Source: Candidatus Omnitrophota bacterium (GTDB taxonomy: Bacteria; Omnitrophota; Gorgyraeia; Gygaellales; Profunditerraquicolaceae). From it: a DNA stretch of 64,000 nt. Under the pieces are notes generated by a model. That model was not told the DNA's origin and searched no databases. It saw nothing but the letters and a program-made list of their open reading frames with translations. Positions within the stretch are counted from its first letter, which is position 1, and every line of letters starts with the position of its first letter. The translations under genes were made by a program, and so were the position numbers. Of the stretch, positions 31,400 to 41,488 are shown one piece after another. The stretch lies in contig JBDRKE010000010.1 of assembly GCA_043814315.1 (NCBI GenBank), positions 2,896-66,895 of the forward strand, read 5' to 3'.

Positions 31400-32644
31400 A
31401 TGCAGGAAAACAGGGTCGTTGTAACGGGGTTAGGGGTTATTTCAGCGGTCGGGAACGATATCCCGACCTTCTGGAATGCGTTAAAGAGTGCAAAAGGAGG
31501 CATAGGCAGGATTACTTCTTTTGATGCCTCTCAATTTGATTCACAGATTGCCGGAGAAGTTAAGGGTTTTGACCCGGCTCTTTACGGTCTGTCTACCAAG
31601 GACCTGAAGAGAATGGATAAATTTGTTCAATATGCCGTTGCCTGTTCCCATCAAGCCATCAACGATGCGGGGTTGGATCTGAATAAAGAAGACAGAAATC
31701 GCATAGGCGTTTTAATCGGCTCTGGCATCGGAAGTCTGCATACGGTAGAGGTTGAGTATACAACTTATTTAGAGCGGGGTCCTTCCAGGTTTTCACCGTT
31801 TATGATCCCTATGCTTATCGTCAACGAAGCCAGCGGTCATGTTGCTATCATTTATGGGTTTAAAGGGCCTAATTCCTGTGTGGCTACGGCTTGCGCTTCA
31901 GGCTCCCATGCCATTGGGGATGCTTTTAGGATTTTGGAGCGCGGGGATGCTGATGTGATGGTAGCAGGAGGCACAGAGAGCTGCATTACGCCTCTGGGCG
32001 TAGGCGGATTCTGTGCGCTGAAAGGATTATCCCTAAGGAATCACGATCCGCAGAAAGCCTCCAGGCCTTTTGACGGCCAGCGCGATGGCTTTGTGATTGC
32101 GGAGGGGTGCGGTCTGGTTATCCTTGAGACTTTGGAGCATGCCAAGAAAAGAAATGCCAAGATTTTCGGTGAGATAAGTGGTTATGGAATGTCCTGTGAC
32201 GCTTATCATATAACCGCTCCTGATCCGTCAGGGGAAGGTGCAGCTAGGGCTATGACATTGGCTATGAAGGACGCAAAAATTAACCCGCTGGACGTTACGT
32301 ATATAAATGCGCATGGCACCTCCACAAAACTCAATGATAAGATTGAGACCCTGGCGATAAAACTGGCATTAGGTTCTCATGCCAAGAAAGTTCCCGTTTC
32401 TTCGACCAAATCGATGACGGGACATCTTTTGGGCGCTGCCGGAGGCGTAGAATTTGTGGTGTGTTGCCTAGCCATCCGAGATAAAGTTATCCCTCCTACC
32501 ATCAACTATGAATATCCTGATCCGGATTGCGATCTGGATTACGTGCCTAGCGTAGCCCGCGAGAGCCCCGTGGATGTTTGTATGTCCAATTCTCTAGGCT
32601 TCGGCGGGCACAATGCGTCCCTCATTGTACAAAAGTTTAAATAA
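31400..32644 (+). CDS. fabF: 3-oxoacyl-ACP synthase II
   Basis: ATACASG active-site Cys, NAHGTST, GFGGHN motifs. Confidence 0.9.
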   Translation: MQENRVVVTGLGVISAVGNDIPTFWNALKSAKGGIGRITSFDASQFDSQIAGEVKGFDPALYGLSTKDLKRMDKFVQYAVACSHQAINDAGLDLNKEDRNRIGVLIGSGIGSLHTVEVEYTTYLERGPSRFSPFMIPMLIVNEASGHVAIIYGFKGPNSCVATACASGSHAIGDAFRILERGDADVMVAGGTESCITPLGVGGFCALKGLSLRNHDPQKASRPFDGQRDGFVIAEGCGLVILETLEHAKKRNAKIFGEISGYGMSCDAYHITAPDPSGEGAARAMTLAMKDAKINPLDVTYINAHGTSTKLNDKIETLAIKLALGSHAKKVPVSSTKSMTGHLLGAAGGVEFVVCCLAIRDKVIPPTINYEYPDPDCDLDYVPSVARESPVDVCMSNSLGFGGHNASLIVQKFK

Positions 32645-32651
32645 CTCTGTA

Positions 32652-32766
32652 GAAATCCAAATGTCAAAATCCAAAATCCAAAATAAATCCCTGCCTGCCT
32701 GCAGGCAGGCAAACCTCAAATTTCAAAACAAATATTTTGAATTTTGTGCTTTGCCATTTGAAATTT
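32652..32766. repeat. Family-2 palindrome with a CCCTGCCTGCCTGCAGGCAGGC core
   Basis: AAATCCAAATGTCAAAATCCAAAATCCAAAA, core at 32689..32710, then TTTTGAATTTTGTGCTTTGCCATTTGAAATTT. Confidence 0.75.
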
Positions 32767-32771
32767 AAAAG

Positions 32772-34043
32772 ATGCCTTACACTATTGCCGAAAAAATATT
32801 ATTAGCTCATACCGATAAGAAAGATATCGCGCCTGGTGAATTCATTGAGGGTAGGGTGGACCTCGCCTTGGGTAACGATATCACGGCACCTTTGGCCATT
32901 GAAGAGTTTAAAAAGTCAAGGTCTTTTAAGGTCTTTGACAAAAACAGGATTGTTCTTGTCCCCGACCATTTTGCGCCGGCCAAGGATTTAAAGAGTGCCA
33001 ATCAATGCAAGGTGTTAGCTGATTTTAGCCGCGAGCAGAAGATAAAAAACTATTTTGAAGTGGGCTGTATGGGCATAGAGCATGCTTTGCTTCCGGAGCA
33101 AAAATTGGTTTTGCCGGGGGATCTGGTTATCGGCGCTGATTCGCACACCTGCACCTACGGTGCCCTGGGGTGTTATTCTACGGGCGTGGGCTCTACGGAT
33201 TTAGCCAGGGCCTTTATTGACGGAAAATGCTGGCTTAAGGTGCCGCCGTCTATAAAGTTTATTTACAAAGGCAGGCGCAATAGTTGGGTGGGGGGCAAGG
33301 ACCTTATTTTATTTACGATAGGCAACATCGGCGTTGATGGGGCTTTATACAGGGTCATGGAGTTTAGCGGGCCCGTGATCAGGCATCTGGGCATGGATGA
33401 CCGATTGGCTATGTCGAATATGGCTATCGAGGCAGGGGCGCGGGCAGGGATTAGCGAGCCGGATGAAATAACCCTGAAATTTATAAAGCCGGCTCCCAGG
33501 AAATATAAGGTTTATCATAGCGACAAAGATGCAGTTTACGAAAAGGTTTACGAATATGATGTTACGAAATTGCAACCGCAGGTGGCTTGCCCGCATTTAC
33601 CCAGCAATGTGAGGCCGGTAGAGGAATTAAAAAAAATCAGGATTGACCAGGTGGTTATCGGTTCCTGCACCAACGGAAGGATCTCTGATTTAAGGGCAGC
33701 GGCAAAGATCCTGAAAGGTAAAAAAATTAAACTGGGCTTAAGGCTGATTGTGATTCCTGCGACGCAGAAGATTTATCTTGAGGCCGTCCGTGAGGGTTTA
33801 GCGGAAATCTTTGTCAAGGCCGGTGGCGTATTTTCTACGCCGACCTGTGGGCCCTGCCTGGGAGGCCATGTCGGAATTCTCGCCGAAGGAGAGGTATGCC
33901 TGGCGACAACAAACCGTAATTTTATCGGCAGGATGGGGCATCCGAAGTCCTTTGTTTATTTATCTAATCCGGCTGTAGCTGCAGCCTCTGCGGTGACCGG
34001 TAGAATTACGCATCCCGACGAGGTATTCAAGTCCGGGTCTTGA
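32772..34043 (+). CDS. leuC: 3-isopropylmalate (or homoaconitate-type) dehydratase large subunit
   Basis: GADSHT, GSCTNGR, CGPCLG aconitase-family Fe-S ligand motifs, ~420 aa. Confidence 0.85.
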   Translation: MPYTIAEKILLAHTDKKDIAPGEFIEGRVDLALGNDITAPLAIEEFKKSRSFKVFDKNRIVLVPDHFAPAKDLKSANQCKVLADFSREQKIKNYFEVGCMGIEHALLPEQKLVLPGDLVIGADSHTCTYGALGCYSTGVGSTDLARAFIDGKCWLKVPPSIKFIYKGRRNSWVGGKDLILFTIGNIGVDGALYRVMEFSGPVIRHLGMDDRLAMSNMAIEAGARAGISEPDEITLKFIKPAPRKYKVYHSDKDAVYEKVYEYDVTKLQPQVACPHLPSNVRPVEELKKIRIDQVVIGSCTNGRISDLRAAAKILKGKKIKLGLRLIVIPATQKIYLEAVREGLAEIFVKAGGVFSTPTCGPCLGGHVGILAEGEVCLATTNRNFIGRMGHPKSFVYLSNPAVAAASAVTGRITHPDEVFKSGS

Positions 34044-34089
34044 AACCCATTGATAATAATTGAGTTAGAAGACCCGGACCTGCAAAAAG

Positions 34090-34572
34090 ATGATTATTAA
34101 AGGAACGGTCCATAAATTAGGCGATCACGTCAACACAGATGACATTATCGCGGCTAAATATCTCGTATCGACGGATGCCAGAGAATTAGGCAGGCATTGC
34201 CTGGAGAGCATCAAGCCGGATTTTATAAGTAAAGTCAACCCGCAAGATATTATCGTGGCAGGAAAAAACTTTGGTTGCGGTTCCAGCCGCGAACATGCGC
34301 CTCTTGCGATTAAAGGGTGCGGGATTCAGGCGGTCATTGCAAAGAGCTTTGCCGCCATATTTTTCAGAAACGCCATAAATATCGGCCTGCCGTTCTTGGA
34401 ATCGGAAGAGGTGGATAAGATTCATGAAGGAGATTCTCTTGAGATCGATTTATCCGGTGGTATAATAAGAAACCTAAGCAAGGAAGAGGTTTATAAAACA
34501 CAGGCATTCCCCGGATTTCTGCAGGAAATTGTAAAACAGGGCGGGTTAATGAACTATATGAGGAGGCGTTAA
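34090..34572 (+). CDS. leuD: 3-isopropylmalate dehydratase small subunit
   Basis: DNVNTDDIIAAKYL, NFGCGSSREHA motifs. Confidence 0.85.
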   Translation: MIIKGTVHKLGDHVNTDDIIAAKYLVSTDARELGRHCLESIKPDFISKVNPQDIIVAGKNFGCGSSREHAPLAIKGCGIQAVIAKSFAAIFFRNAINIGLPFLESEEVDKIHEGDSLEIDLSGGIIRNLSKEEVYKTQAFPGFLQEIVKQGGLMNYMRRR

Positions 34573-34610
34573 TTTCGTTGAACTTAACGAACACAACGAA
34601 CGAAACGAAT

Positions 34611-35663
34611 ATGTATAAAATCGCAGTTATTCCAGGCGATGGAACGGGCCCTGAGGTTGTCCGTGAAGGCCTGAAGGTCCTAAGCGCCGCAGCCTCTGTG
34701 TATAAATTTCAATACGAAGCATCGGTTTTTGATTTTGGGGGAGAAAGATATCTAAAGACAGGCAAGACATTAGAGGATAAGGATATTGAAGCATTGAAGA
34801 AGTATTCAGCGATTTATCTGGGGGCCATCGGGCATCCGGATGTCAAGCCCGGAATCCTGGAAACAGGCATTCTCTTAAGATTGAGATTCTCTTTAGGCCA
34901 GTATATCAATTTACGGCCGGTAAAACTGTATAATTCTGAATTCTGCCCCTTAAAAGACAAGAAGCCGCAGGATATTGATTTTGTGGTGGTGCGTGAAAAC
35001 TCAGAGGGCCTTTATAAAGGTATGGGGGAATTTCAGAAAAAAGGGACCCAAGAAGAGGTGGCTATCCAAATTTCTTATAATACACGTAAAGGTGTTGAGC
35101 GTTGCATCCGTTACGGCTTTGAATACTGTAAGAAGCGTAACAAAATGAAGAAGCTGACTCTTTGTGGAAAGACGAACGTCCTGACCTATGCCTGGGACCT
35201 GTGGCAGAGGGCTTTTGAAGAAGTTGCCAGAGAGTATCCTGATATAAAGACGGATTACGCGCACGTGGATGCGACCACCATGTGGTTTGTGAAGAACCCG
35301 GAGTGGTTTGACGTCATCGTTACGGACAACATGTTCGGGGATATTATTACGGATTTGGGCGCTATGGTTCAGGGCGGGATGGGTATCGCCGCCGGGGGCA
35401 ATATTAATCCCCAAGGCGTCTCGATGTTTGAGCCTATTGGCGGTAGCGCCCCTAAGTATACGGGTAAAAACGTGATTAATCCTCTGGCGGCTATTTGCGC
35501 CGCAGGGATGATGTTGGAGGCTCTAGGTGAAGCGCAGGCAGCGCAAGCCGTGGAAGATGCCGTCATAAAAGTAGTACGAGAGAAATGTAAATCCCTTGCC
35601 GCCGGCAAGATGGGCTATTCGACGTCGGAAGTAGGGGATTTGGTGGTAGAATATCTTAAGTAG
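34611..35663 (+). CDS. leuB: 3-isopropylmalate dehydrogenase
   Basis: [22 protein letters not shown] motifs. ATG 34611 is preferred, because the tracked TTG 34578 extension is encoded by an AACGAA word repeat. Confidence 0.85.
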   Translation: MYKIAVIPGDGTGPEVVREGLKVLSAAASVYKFQYEASVFDFGGERYLKTGKTLEDKDIEALKKYSAIYLGAIGHPDVKPGILETGILLRLRFSLGQYINLRPVKLYNSEFCPLKDKKPQDIDFVVVRENSEGLYKGMGEFQKKGTQEEVAIQISYNTRKGVERCIRYGFEYCKKRNKMKKLTLCGKTNVLTYAWDLWQRAFEEVAREYPDIKTDYAHVDATTMWFVKNPEWFDVIVTDNMFGDIITDLGAMVQGGMGIAAGGNINPQGVSMFEPIGGSAPKYTGKNVINPLAAICAAGMMLEALGEAQAAQAVEDAVIKVVREKCKSLAAGKMGYSTSEVGDLVVEYLK

Positions 35664-35673
35664 TTTATTCTGC

Positions 35674-35765
35674 TCAAGATCGGGTCTTGAAATTGCTTGG
35701 TGCAAAACAAGTTACAAGACCCGATCTTGAGATGGCAAGTTTCGGACATTGGGATTTGGGATTTA
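35674..35765. repeat. Family-1 hairpin (CAAGATCGGGTCTTG...CAAGACCCGATCTTGA) plus a family-2 right arm
   Basis: Stem at 35674..35731, followed by GATGGCAAGTTTCGGACATTGGGATTTGGGATTT. That tail is the reverse complement of 44468..44497. Confidence 0.8.
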
Positions 35766-35782
35766 TTCATGAGGTAAGATCA

Positions 35783-36796
35783 ATGAAGAAATATAATGTG
35801 GCCGTGGTGGGGGTGGGGGCGGTAGGGATTGAGATGCTGCGCTGCCTAAAGAAACGCCATTTTCCTATCCAGGAATTGCGGGTATTTGCGCGTTCAGCAA
35901 GAGATATTGAACTGGACGGTCAAAAATATTCCGTCCAGCCTGTTTCCGCGGAAGGCTTTGAAGGCATAGATATCGCTTTATTTGCGGGGACTGAAGGCGA
36001 AAAGGGTGCGGCGGTAACCTATGCCGCGGAGGCCGTTAAAAGAGGGTCTGTTGTTATTGATAATGGCGCGGATTTTAGAATGGACCCCGAGGTTCCTTTA
36101 GTTGTTCCTGAAGTCAATGCCAAAGATATAAAGAAACATAAAGGGATTATTGCGAACCCCAATTGTTCTACCATTCAGATGATGGTGGCCTTGTGGCCGA
36201 TTTACAAGAAAGCCGGCATAAAAAGGATCATTGTGACAACGCTGCAAGCTGCATCCGGTGCAGGCAGGGCTGCCGTGAGTCAGCTTAAAGAAGAGACCTC
36301 CATTATCGCCTCGCGCGGCTTTTCCACTCTCCATGTGCATATCAATAATAAAGCTATGCCCCAGCAGCTTGGCTTTAATGTTTTTCCGCATATCGGCAGC
36401 TTCGCAGAATGCGATTATACGAGCGAGGAATGGAAGCTTGTCCGCGAGACCCACAAAATTATGCATGATAAAAAAATCAAAATATCCGCTACCACGGTAA
36501 GGGTTCCTGTTAGGACCGGACACTCTGAATCTATATATATTGAAACCCATAAATCCATCAGCGAGGACAAAGCCAGAAGCTTTCTTTCCCGCGCCCCCGG
36601 CATTATCGTCATAGATGATCCGAAGAACAATCTCTATCCTATGCCTAAAGATGTTGAAGGTAAGGATGAGGTATTTGTGGGGCGTATCCGCAGGGATTGT
36701 TTCGTAAAAAATGGCCTATGGTTGTGGGTCGTAGCGGATAACCTGCTTAAAGGCGCTGCTCTCAATGCGGTCCAGATAGCTGAACGTCTCATCTAA
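35783..36796 (+). CDS. asd: Aspartate-semialdehyde dehydrogenase
   Basis: VAVVGVGAVG, NPNCSTI active-site Cys. ATG 35783 has a GAGG RBS. The tracked 35687 extension lies in the repeat. Confidence 0.9.
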   Translation: MKKYNVAVVGVGAVGIEMLRCLKKRHFPIQELRVFARSARDIELDGQKYSVQPVSAEGFEGIDIALFAGTEGEKGAAVTYAAEAVKRGSVVIDNGADFRMDPEVPLVVPEVNAKDIKKHKGIIANPNCSTIQMMVALWPIYKKAGIKRIIVTTLQAASGAGRAAVSQLKEETSIIASRGFSTLHVHINNKAMPQQLGFNVFPHIGSFAECDYTSEEWKLVRETHKIMHDKKIKISATTVRVPVRTGHSESIYIETHKSISEDKARSFLSRAPGIIVIDDPKNNLYPMPKDVEGKDEVFVGRIRRDCFVKNGLWLWVVADNLLKGAALNAVQIAERLI

Positions 36797-36834
36797 ACTC
36801 ACCTTTTTTGATTCCGCAAAATTCTCAGATATTC

Positions 36835-36864
36835 TTTAACTTATTTCTATTTATGTGTTATAAT
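36835..36864 (+). promoter_or_regulatory. Candidate extended -10 promoter (TGTTATAAT) for the GGDEF/pilus operon
   Basis: TG at 36856..36857 and TATAAT at 36859..36864, with a weak TTTAAC -35. An A/T hairpin lies at 36882..36910 in the 5' UTR. Confidence 0.35.
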
Positions 36865-36922
36865 AAATAATTAAATTTGATTTAACTAAAAAACCTTTTT
36901 TTAGTTATCCATTAACGCCTCT

Positions 36923-39900
36923 ATGGATAATATTCAGAACCCACAGAAAGAACCAGCAAAAGATATTCGTTTTGAAACCCCCACCTTTATTGACCCCTTA
37001 ACCGGGATGTATAACCGGTATTACCTGTTTCAATTCCTTCCCAAAGAGCTGGAAAAAGCAAGATTAGGCAATTATCCTTTGGCTTTTCTTATGATTGACT
37101 TGGACGGGTTTAAAAAGATCAATGATACGCATGGACATCTCTGCGGAGACGAGGTTTTAAAACAGCTTTCCGGAATTTTTAAGATGAGAATCAGAGCCAC
37201 GGATGCGATGGTACGCTACGCCGGTGATGAATTTGCGCTTCTTTTGCCTGCGGCGAATACAGAGAAAGCCAAGCTTATAGCGCAGCAATTAATCGATGAC
37301 GTACGCAACTTTAAATTCAAGGGGCCGGACAATCAGGAGCTACATAACACGTTGAGCATCGGTTACGCTATCTTTCCTGTTGACGCGGATGAACAATTCA
37401 AGTTGATTGACCTGGCGGATAAGGCCCTCTATCTGTCAAAACAAAAAGGCAAAAACCGGGTCAGCTATGCTAAGGATGTGACCCTGGAGGAAGTCAGTTC
37501 CTTGGTAGCTATGGATGCCTTCCCCTGCCGGAATTTTATTGACCGGGAACAAGAGCTGAATAAGCTTAAGCAGATTTATGAAATAGTCCTTGTTTCTAAT
37601 TCGCTTCAAGCTGCGTGTGTTTCAGGCTCAACCGGCATAGGCAAGAGCAGGATGCTTAGTGAACTCAGGAATCACCTACAGGATAAAGCGGCCATCATCA
37701 ATTGCGAGGGAACCCTGAGGCACGTGCAGGATCCGTATCATGCCCTTGCCCAAGGAATCGGGGATTATCTGGAAAGAATAAAGATGGATAGCTTGGACGT
37801 AAAAACAATTCTTTCTAGGGTACCATTTGAAGAATTGGCGGAACTGAGCCTGTTGGTTCCCCAGCTGGCAGGCCTGGTTGAGAAGCCCCAGCGCCCCGGG
37901 CTCGATAATAAGGCCCGTTTTCTGTTGTTTAAAGCTTTTCTGGACTTTTTATTTGAGCTAAACAAGCTTTCACCTGTTCTGCTGGTTTTTGACGATGTCC
38001 AATTTGTAGACAAGGCGAGTCTTGAGCTCGCAAGGTATCTCATTAAACAGGAAAAGAATAAGAAAATGTATCTTGTATTTTCTCTGAATCAGGAGAAATG
38101 GGTGGAATTAAACAAGGAAAGCGGCTTTCACGAATTATGGCCACAGATCAAATCCGGCGATAATTTCACAGAGATCATTCTCGGGAATCTTTCTAAAGAT
38201 GACTTGGTTAAGATGATTAACGTCATTTTTCCCAATTTAGGGGATTCCAGGGACTTTTTGGAAATAATGTACAGCACCACGTCAGGGAATCCCTGTTTTG
38301 TGGAAGAAATATTAAAATCCTTGCTGGAAAGTGGGTATATTATTTATCAAGAAGGCCATTGGCACTTGACCAAAGAAATAACCCCTCAGGATATTCCGGC
38401 CTCGCTTGAAGACGTGGTCAAAAGAAGAGTGAAAAATCTTGATGAAGAGACGAAGGAGATGATTCTCCAGGCAGCCGTTATCGGAGAAGCTTTTGATATG
38501 GATCTTTTAAAAAAGATGGGAAATCAAAACGAGGGATTCTTGCTGGAGCTGGTTCATCGTGCCAAAAAGATGCGCTTAGTCGATGAGAGGGATGTAGGTA
38601 AGTTTCAGTTTACCCACAAGAACGTGCAGGATGCCCTTTACAGCGAGTTGGGCGAGAGCCAGCGTAAGGAGCTTCACTACAGGATTGCCCAGACGCTAGC
38701 CGAACAGCATAAAGATAACCTCTACAATGTTGCCGGAGAATTGGCTTTTCATTTCAGCAAGGCGCCGCAAAACGAAGATACGCTTAAATACAACAGGGTT
38801 TTCTCGAATATGACTTCGGAGTTATTTGATTCTTACGAGATTATGGAAAGCCTGCAGAAGCTGGCCGAAGAAATCATATCGGGTGAAAAAGTTGAGCCTA
38901 TCGTTGAAATCACTGATGAAACAAGGGGGCAAGTGTTTTGTTTTATCGCAACGGTTCTGGGGGCTATTAAGAATTTCCGTCTCTATCCGTCTCACAGTTC
39001 TATGAGGGGCATAAGCATAAAGGAAGCCTACGAAGTACTCCGCGATATCTTTGACAGTAAGCAGGCAGAACGCATCGATATCAGCGAGGTAGAAAAGAGC
39101 CTGGTCATTAACGCCAAACGGATTTTTCCGAAAGAGCTTAGAAGGACAAACATCGAAGATCTTCTGTATCTTATCATGGACCGAAATATCAAAACGATTT
39201 CTTTTGCTAAAGGTTTGCAGGAGAAAGAGTTGAATAGCCTTATCGGATACCTCAGCCTCGATTATCAGGAAGTGATGAACCTGGGCAGCTGGAAAGACTT
39301 GCTTAAAAAAGAACACATAACTCATATTAAGATAGACGAGATAAAATTTACTCCTGTCGGGTGTTTAGGAAAACCGGGTTTCGAAGATAAGGGTAAACTG
39401 CAGGATGCCATGCTCATGGAATTCTTAATGGGTAAACTGGACCCCACGGCCGCAGATAAATCAGGAATATTAAAGGCTATGAGAAACGATCCCCAGAAAT
39501 TAGCCAAGGCGATCATGGAGATTGCTGAGAATGCAACAGCGCAAGGAGAGGCGGGGGATAAGGCGCAGGTCGTCAACAAGCTTATAGGCAAGATGCATGA
39601 TGAGGTTCTGACGGGTCAGCCCTTAGATAATTATGCGCGTGATTTGGCCAAAGTGATACTTGAGTTAGAGCCGGGATTAAGGAATAAGGTGATTCGTACG
39701 AAATTAGATAGTTCTGACCCCGGGGAAAAAGAGATGATGGAAAATGTAATGGTCGCCATACCGGATGAAGTTATCGTGGATATTATGGCTGAGGAGTATC
39801 GAAGAAATGCCGATAATCTATTGAAAGTAAGAGATTTCATTAAGGAAATGATCCCGGATGAATCCAGAAAAAAAATTCTTTTACCCAAATTGGAAGCCAA

Positions 39901-41005
39901 ATTAACAGAGTTGAATGCGAGCCGCGAAGAGGCATCTTTCCTTGTAGATAAACTCAAATGGGAGGAGCTGCCTGTTGATAAAAAAGTAAGCACTCTTATG
40001 GCATCATCAAAAGAGGGGAATTTTTTAGTAGAGAAGCCGAAGATAAAAGAGGTCTTGCAGCAGCTAAATGCCGCGCATAAGAAAGAGGAATTAGAAAATA
40101 GCGTATCCCAGCTATTCTCTTCAGCCAAACAACTGAGTTCTTTGGACCGCAAACAACTATTGGGCGTTATCGCTGATTTTGTAAAAATGGATTTTGCCAG
40201 TGATGCCCGCGAAGCTCTCGGTGTCATTGCGCGGACGGAAACTCTTTTAAAGAGATTAAAAACGGAAAAAGATCAGGAGGCCTTAAGGTTCCTTCTTGAT
40301 ATTTTTAGAGATATCATCCGTGATTTTGTGAAAAAATTTCAAGAAGCGAAGGATATTTTGGTGTTAGAAAATCCCTGGGCGAAGAATTATGGGCTGTTTG
40401 TTAACCGGCTTTTCTCTGCGCTCTTGGTGAGGCTCAGGCTCAATGAGGAAGCCGAGCGCGCCCTGAATGAGACGGTAAAGAACTTTATCTTGGAGATTGC
40501 GCGTGATAACTTTCTGGATATCCTGATTTATTGTTTTATCAATAGCAGCGCCCCGGAACCTTACGACATGAAGGAGTTTTACCAGTGGATGGGAGAGCCT
40601 CTCACGGACGGCCTCATTCATATGGAAACAGAGAGAGTGAACAGGATAACAGACCTTTTTAAGAAATACGTTTTTCAGACCAAGATTATTAAGATATTAA
40701 CGGATTTAGGGGAGGGCTCTATCGGCAGACTGAAATTGCTGGCTTATGAGGCCACGAAAAAAAGAGAGGTGAATCTTGCTTTGATAGAGTTGATGGGGTA
40801 TCTCAAGAATGAAGCCCTGATTGAGAGCATTTCGGCCTTTTTAGATTTCAAGGAGGCTTTTGTCCGTAGGAGCGCTATCCTGGCTTTGAGCGAAATCGCA
40901 TCGGAAAAAAGCCGGGAGATTCTTTCCTCTGTAACCAGGGAAGATAAAGATAAAGCTATTCGTGTTTTTGCAGGTGAGCAGCTAAGAAAAGTTCAGGAGG
41001 GTTAA
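36923..41005 (+). CDS. GGDEF-domain (AGDEF) / STAND-type P-loop ATPase / HEAT-repeat protein, 1360 aa
   Basis: DPLTGMYNR, DLDGFKKINDTHGH, RATD (RxxD) five residues before YAGDEF. Walker A GSTGIGKSR, Walker B LLVFDDVQ. C-terminal HEAT-like VRRSAILALSEI. Confidence 0.8.
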   Translation: MDNIQNPQKEPAKDIRFETPTFIDPLTGMYNRYYLFQFLPKELEKARLGNYPLAFLMIDLDGFKKINDTHGHLCGDEVLKQLSGIFKMRIRATDAMVRYAGDEFALLLPAANTEKAKLIAQQLIDDVRNFKFKGPDNQELHNTLSIGYAIFPVDADEQFKLIDLADKALYLSKQKGKNRVSYAKDVTLEEVSSLVAMDAFPCRNFIDREQELNKLKQIYEIVLVSNSLQAACVSGSTGIGKSRMLSELRNHLQDKAAIINCEGTLRHVQDPYHALAQGIGDYLERIKMDSLDVKTILSRVPFEELAELSLLVPQLAGLVEKPQRPGLDNKARFLLFKAFLDFLFELNKLSPVLLVFDDVQFVDKASLELARYLIKQEKNKKMYLVFSLNQEKWVELNKESGFHELWPQIKSGDNFTEIILGNLSKDDLVKMINVIFPNLGDSRDFLEIMYSTTSGNPCFVEEILKSLLESGYIIYQEGHWHLTKEITPQDIPASLEDVVKRRVKNLDEETKEMILQAAVIGEAFDMDLLKKMGNQNEGFLLELVHRAKKMRLVDERDVGKFQFTHKNVQDALYSELGESQRKELHYRIAQTLAEQHKDNLYNVAGELAFHFSKAPQNEDTLKYNRVFSNMTSELFDSYEIMESLQKLAEEIISGEKVEPIVEITDETRGQVFCFIATVLGAIKNFRLYPSHSSMRGISIKEAYEVLRDIFDSKQAERIDISEVEKSLVINAKRIFPKELRRTNIEDLLYLIMDRNIKTISFAKGLQEKELNSLIGYLSLDYQEVMNLGSWKDLLKKEHITHIKIDEIKFTPVGCLGKPGFEDKGKLQDAMLMEFLMGKLDPTAADKSGILKAMRNDPQKLAKAIMEIAENATAQGEAGDKAQVVNKLIGKMHDEVLTGQPLDNYARDLAKVILELEPGLRNKVIRTKLDSSDPGEKEMMENVMVAIPDEVIVDIMAEEYRRNADNLLKVRDFIKEMIPDESRKKILLPKLEAKLTELNASREEASFLVDKLKWEELPVDKKVSTLMASSKEGNFLVEKPKIKEVLQQLNAAHKKEELENSVSQLFSSAKQLSSLDRKQLLGVIADFVKMDFASDAREALGVIARTETLLKRLKTEKDQEALRFLLDIFRDIIRDFVKKFQEAKDILVLENPWAKNYGLFVNRLFSALLVRLRLNEEAERALNETVKNFILEIARDNFLDILIYCFINSSAPEPYDMKEFYQWMGEPLTDGLIHMETERVNRITDLFKKYVFQTKIIKILTDLGEGSIGRLKLLAYEATKKREVNLALIELMGYLKNEALIESISAFLDFKEAFVRRSAILALSEIASEKSREILSSVTREDKDKAIRVFAGEQLRKVQEG

Positions 41006-41011
41006 AGACAG

Positions 41012-41485
41012 GTGTCTTTCTACAGGACGACAAAAACAGAAATCGGAAAGTTTCTTTTGCAAAAAGGCCTCATCACAGCTGTTCAGCTTCAGGAGGCCTT
41101 GGCTCTTCAGCGCCACAAAGAGAAGGGTAAGCCTTTAGGCCAGATCCTCATAGAATTGGGTTATTTGGTCCGCGATGACTTGTGTTTTGTCCTGGCCATT
41201 CAATCAGGGTACCCTTATATTGACATCAGAAGGTGCCTGATAGATGCAGAAACCCTTTCTCTGATACCGGAGATTATGATCAGGAAATACCGGGTATTTC
41301 CGATAGACAAGATTCAGGATGTCGTGACCATTGCGATGGTTAATCCTTTAGATAGCGGTGTGATCGAACAGATTCAGGAAATGCTTAAAAGCAACATAAA
41401 GGTTTTTTTAACGTCATCCAACGACCTGGCAGAATTGATTTCGCGGTATTTTGTAAAAACGAAAGGCCCGCAAGAATCCGAATAG
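41012..41485 (+). CDS. Stand-alone GspE-N / MshEN-like N-terminal domain protein, ended by an in-frame TAG
   Basis: Two tandem 24-residue xLGxxLLxxGLIxxxxLxxxLxxQ skeletons plus a T2SSE_N-like LIPEIMIRKYRVFPI region. GTG start 8 nt after AGGAGGG. Confidence 0.7.
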   Translation: MSFYRTTKTEIGKFLLQKGLITAVQLQEALALQRHKEKGKPLGQILIELGYLVRDDLCFVLAIQSGYPYIDIRRCLIDAETLSLIPEIMIRKYRVFPIDKIQDVVTIAMVNPLDSGVIEQIQEMLKSNIKVFLTSSNDLAELISRYFVKTKGPQESE

Positions 41486-41488
41486 CCG

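Noticed and set aside
35687-35782. N-terminal extensions suggested by the ORF track for asd (35687), leuB (34578), recG (22620), argC (58548), argF (63049), pilQ (53285) and the giant genes (1018, 6056).
   Set aside because: The extensions run through repeat elements or lack an RBS. Internal ATGs with an RBS coincide with the conserved family N-termini. For the giant genes, the internal ATG coincides with the point where the two paralogs become alignable.
38822-40227. Antisense ORFs 38822..39325 (167 aa) and 39631..40227 (198 aa) inside the GGDEF-STAND gene. Similar cases are 17329..17940, 35001..35414, 36098..36550, 52740..53192 and 63003..63434.
   Set aside because: The reasoning is the same: each lies opposite a gene with clear family motifs, and none has independent support.
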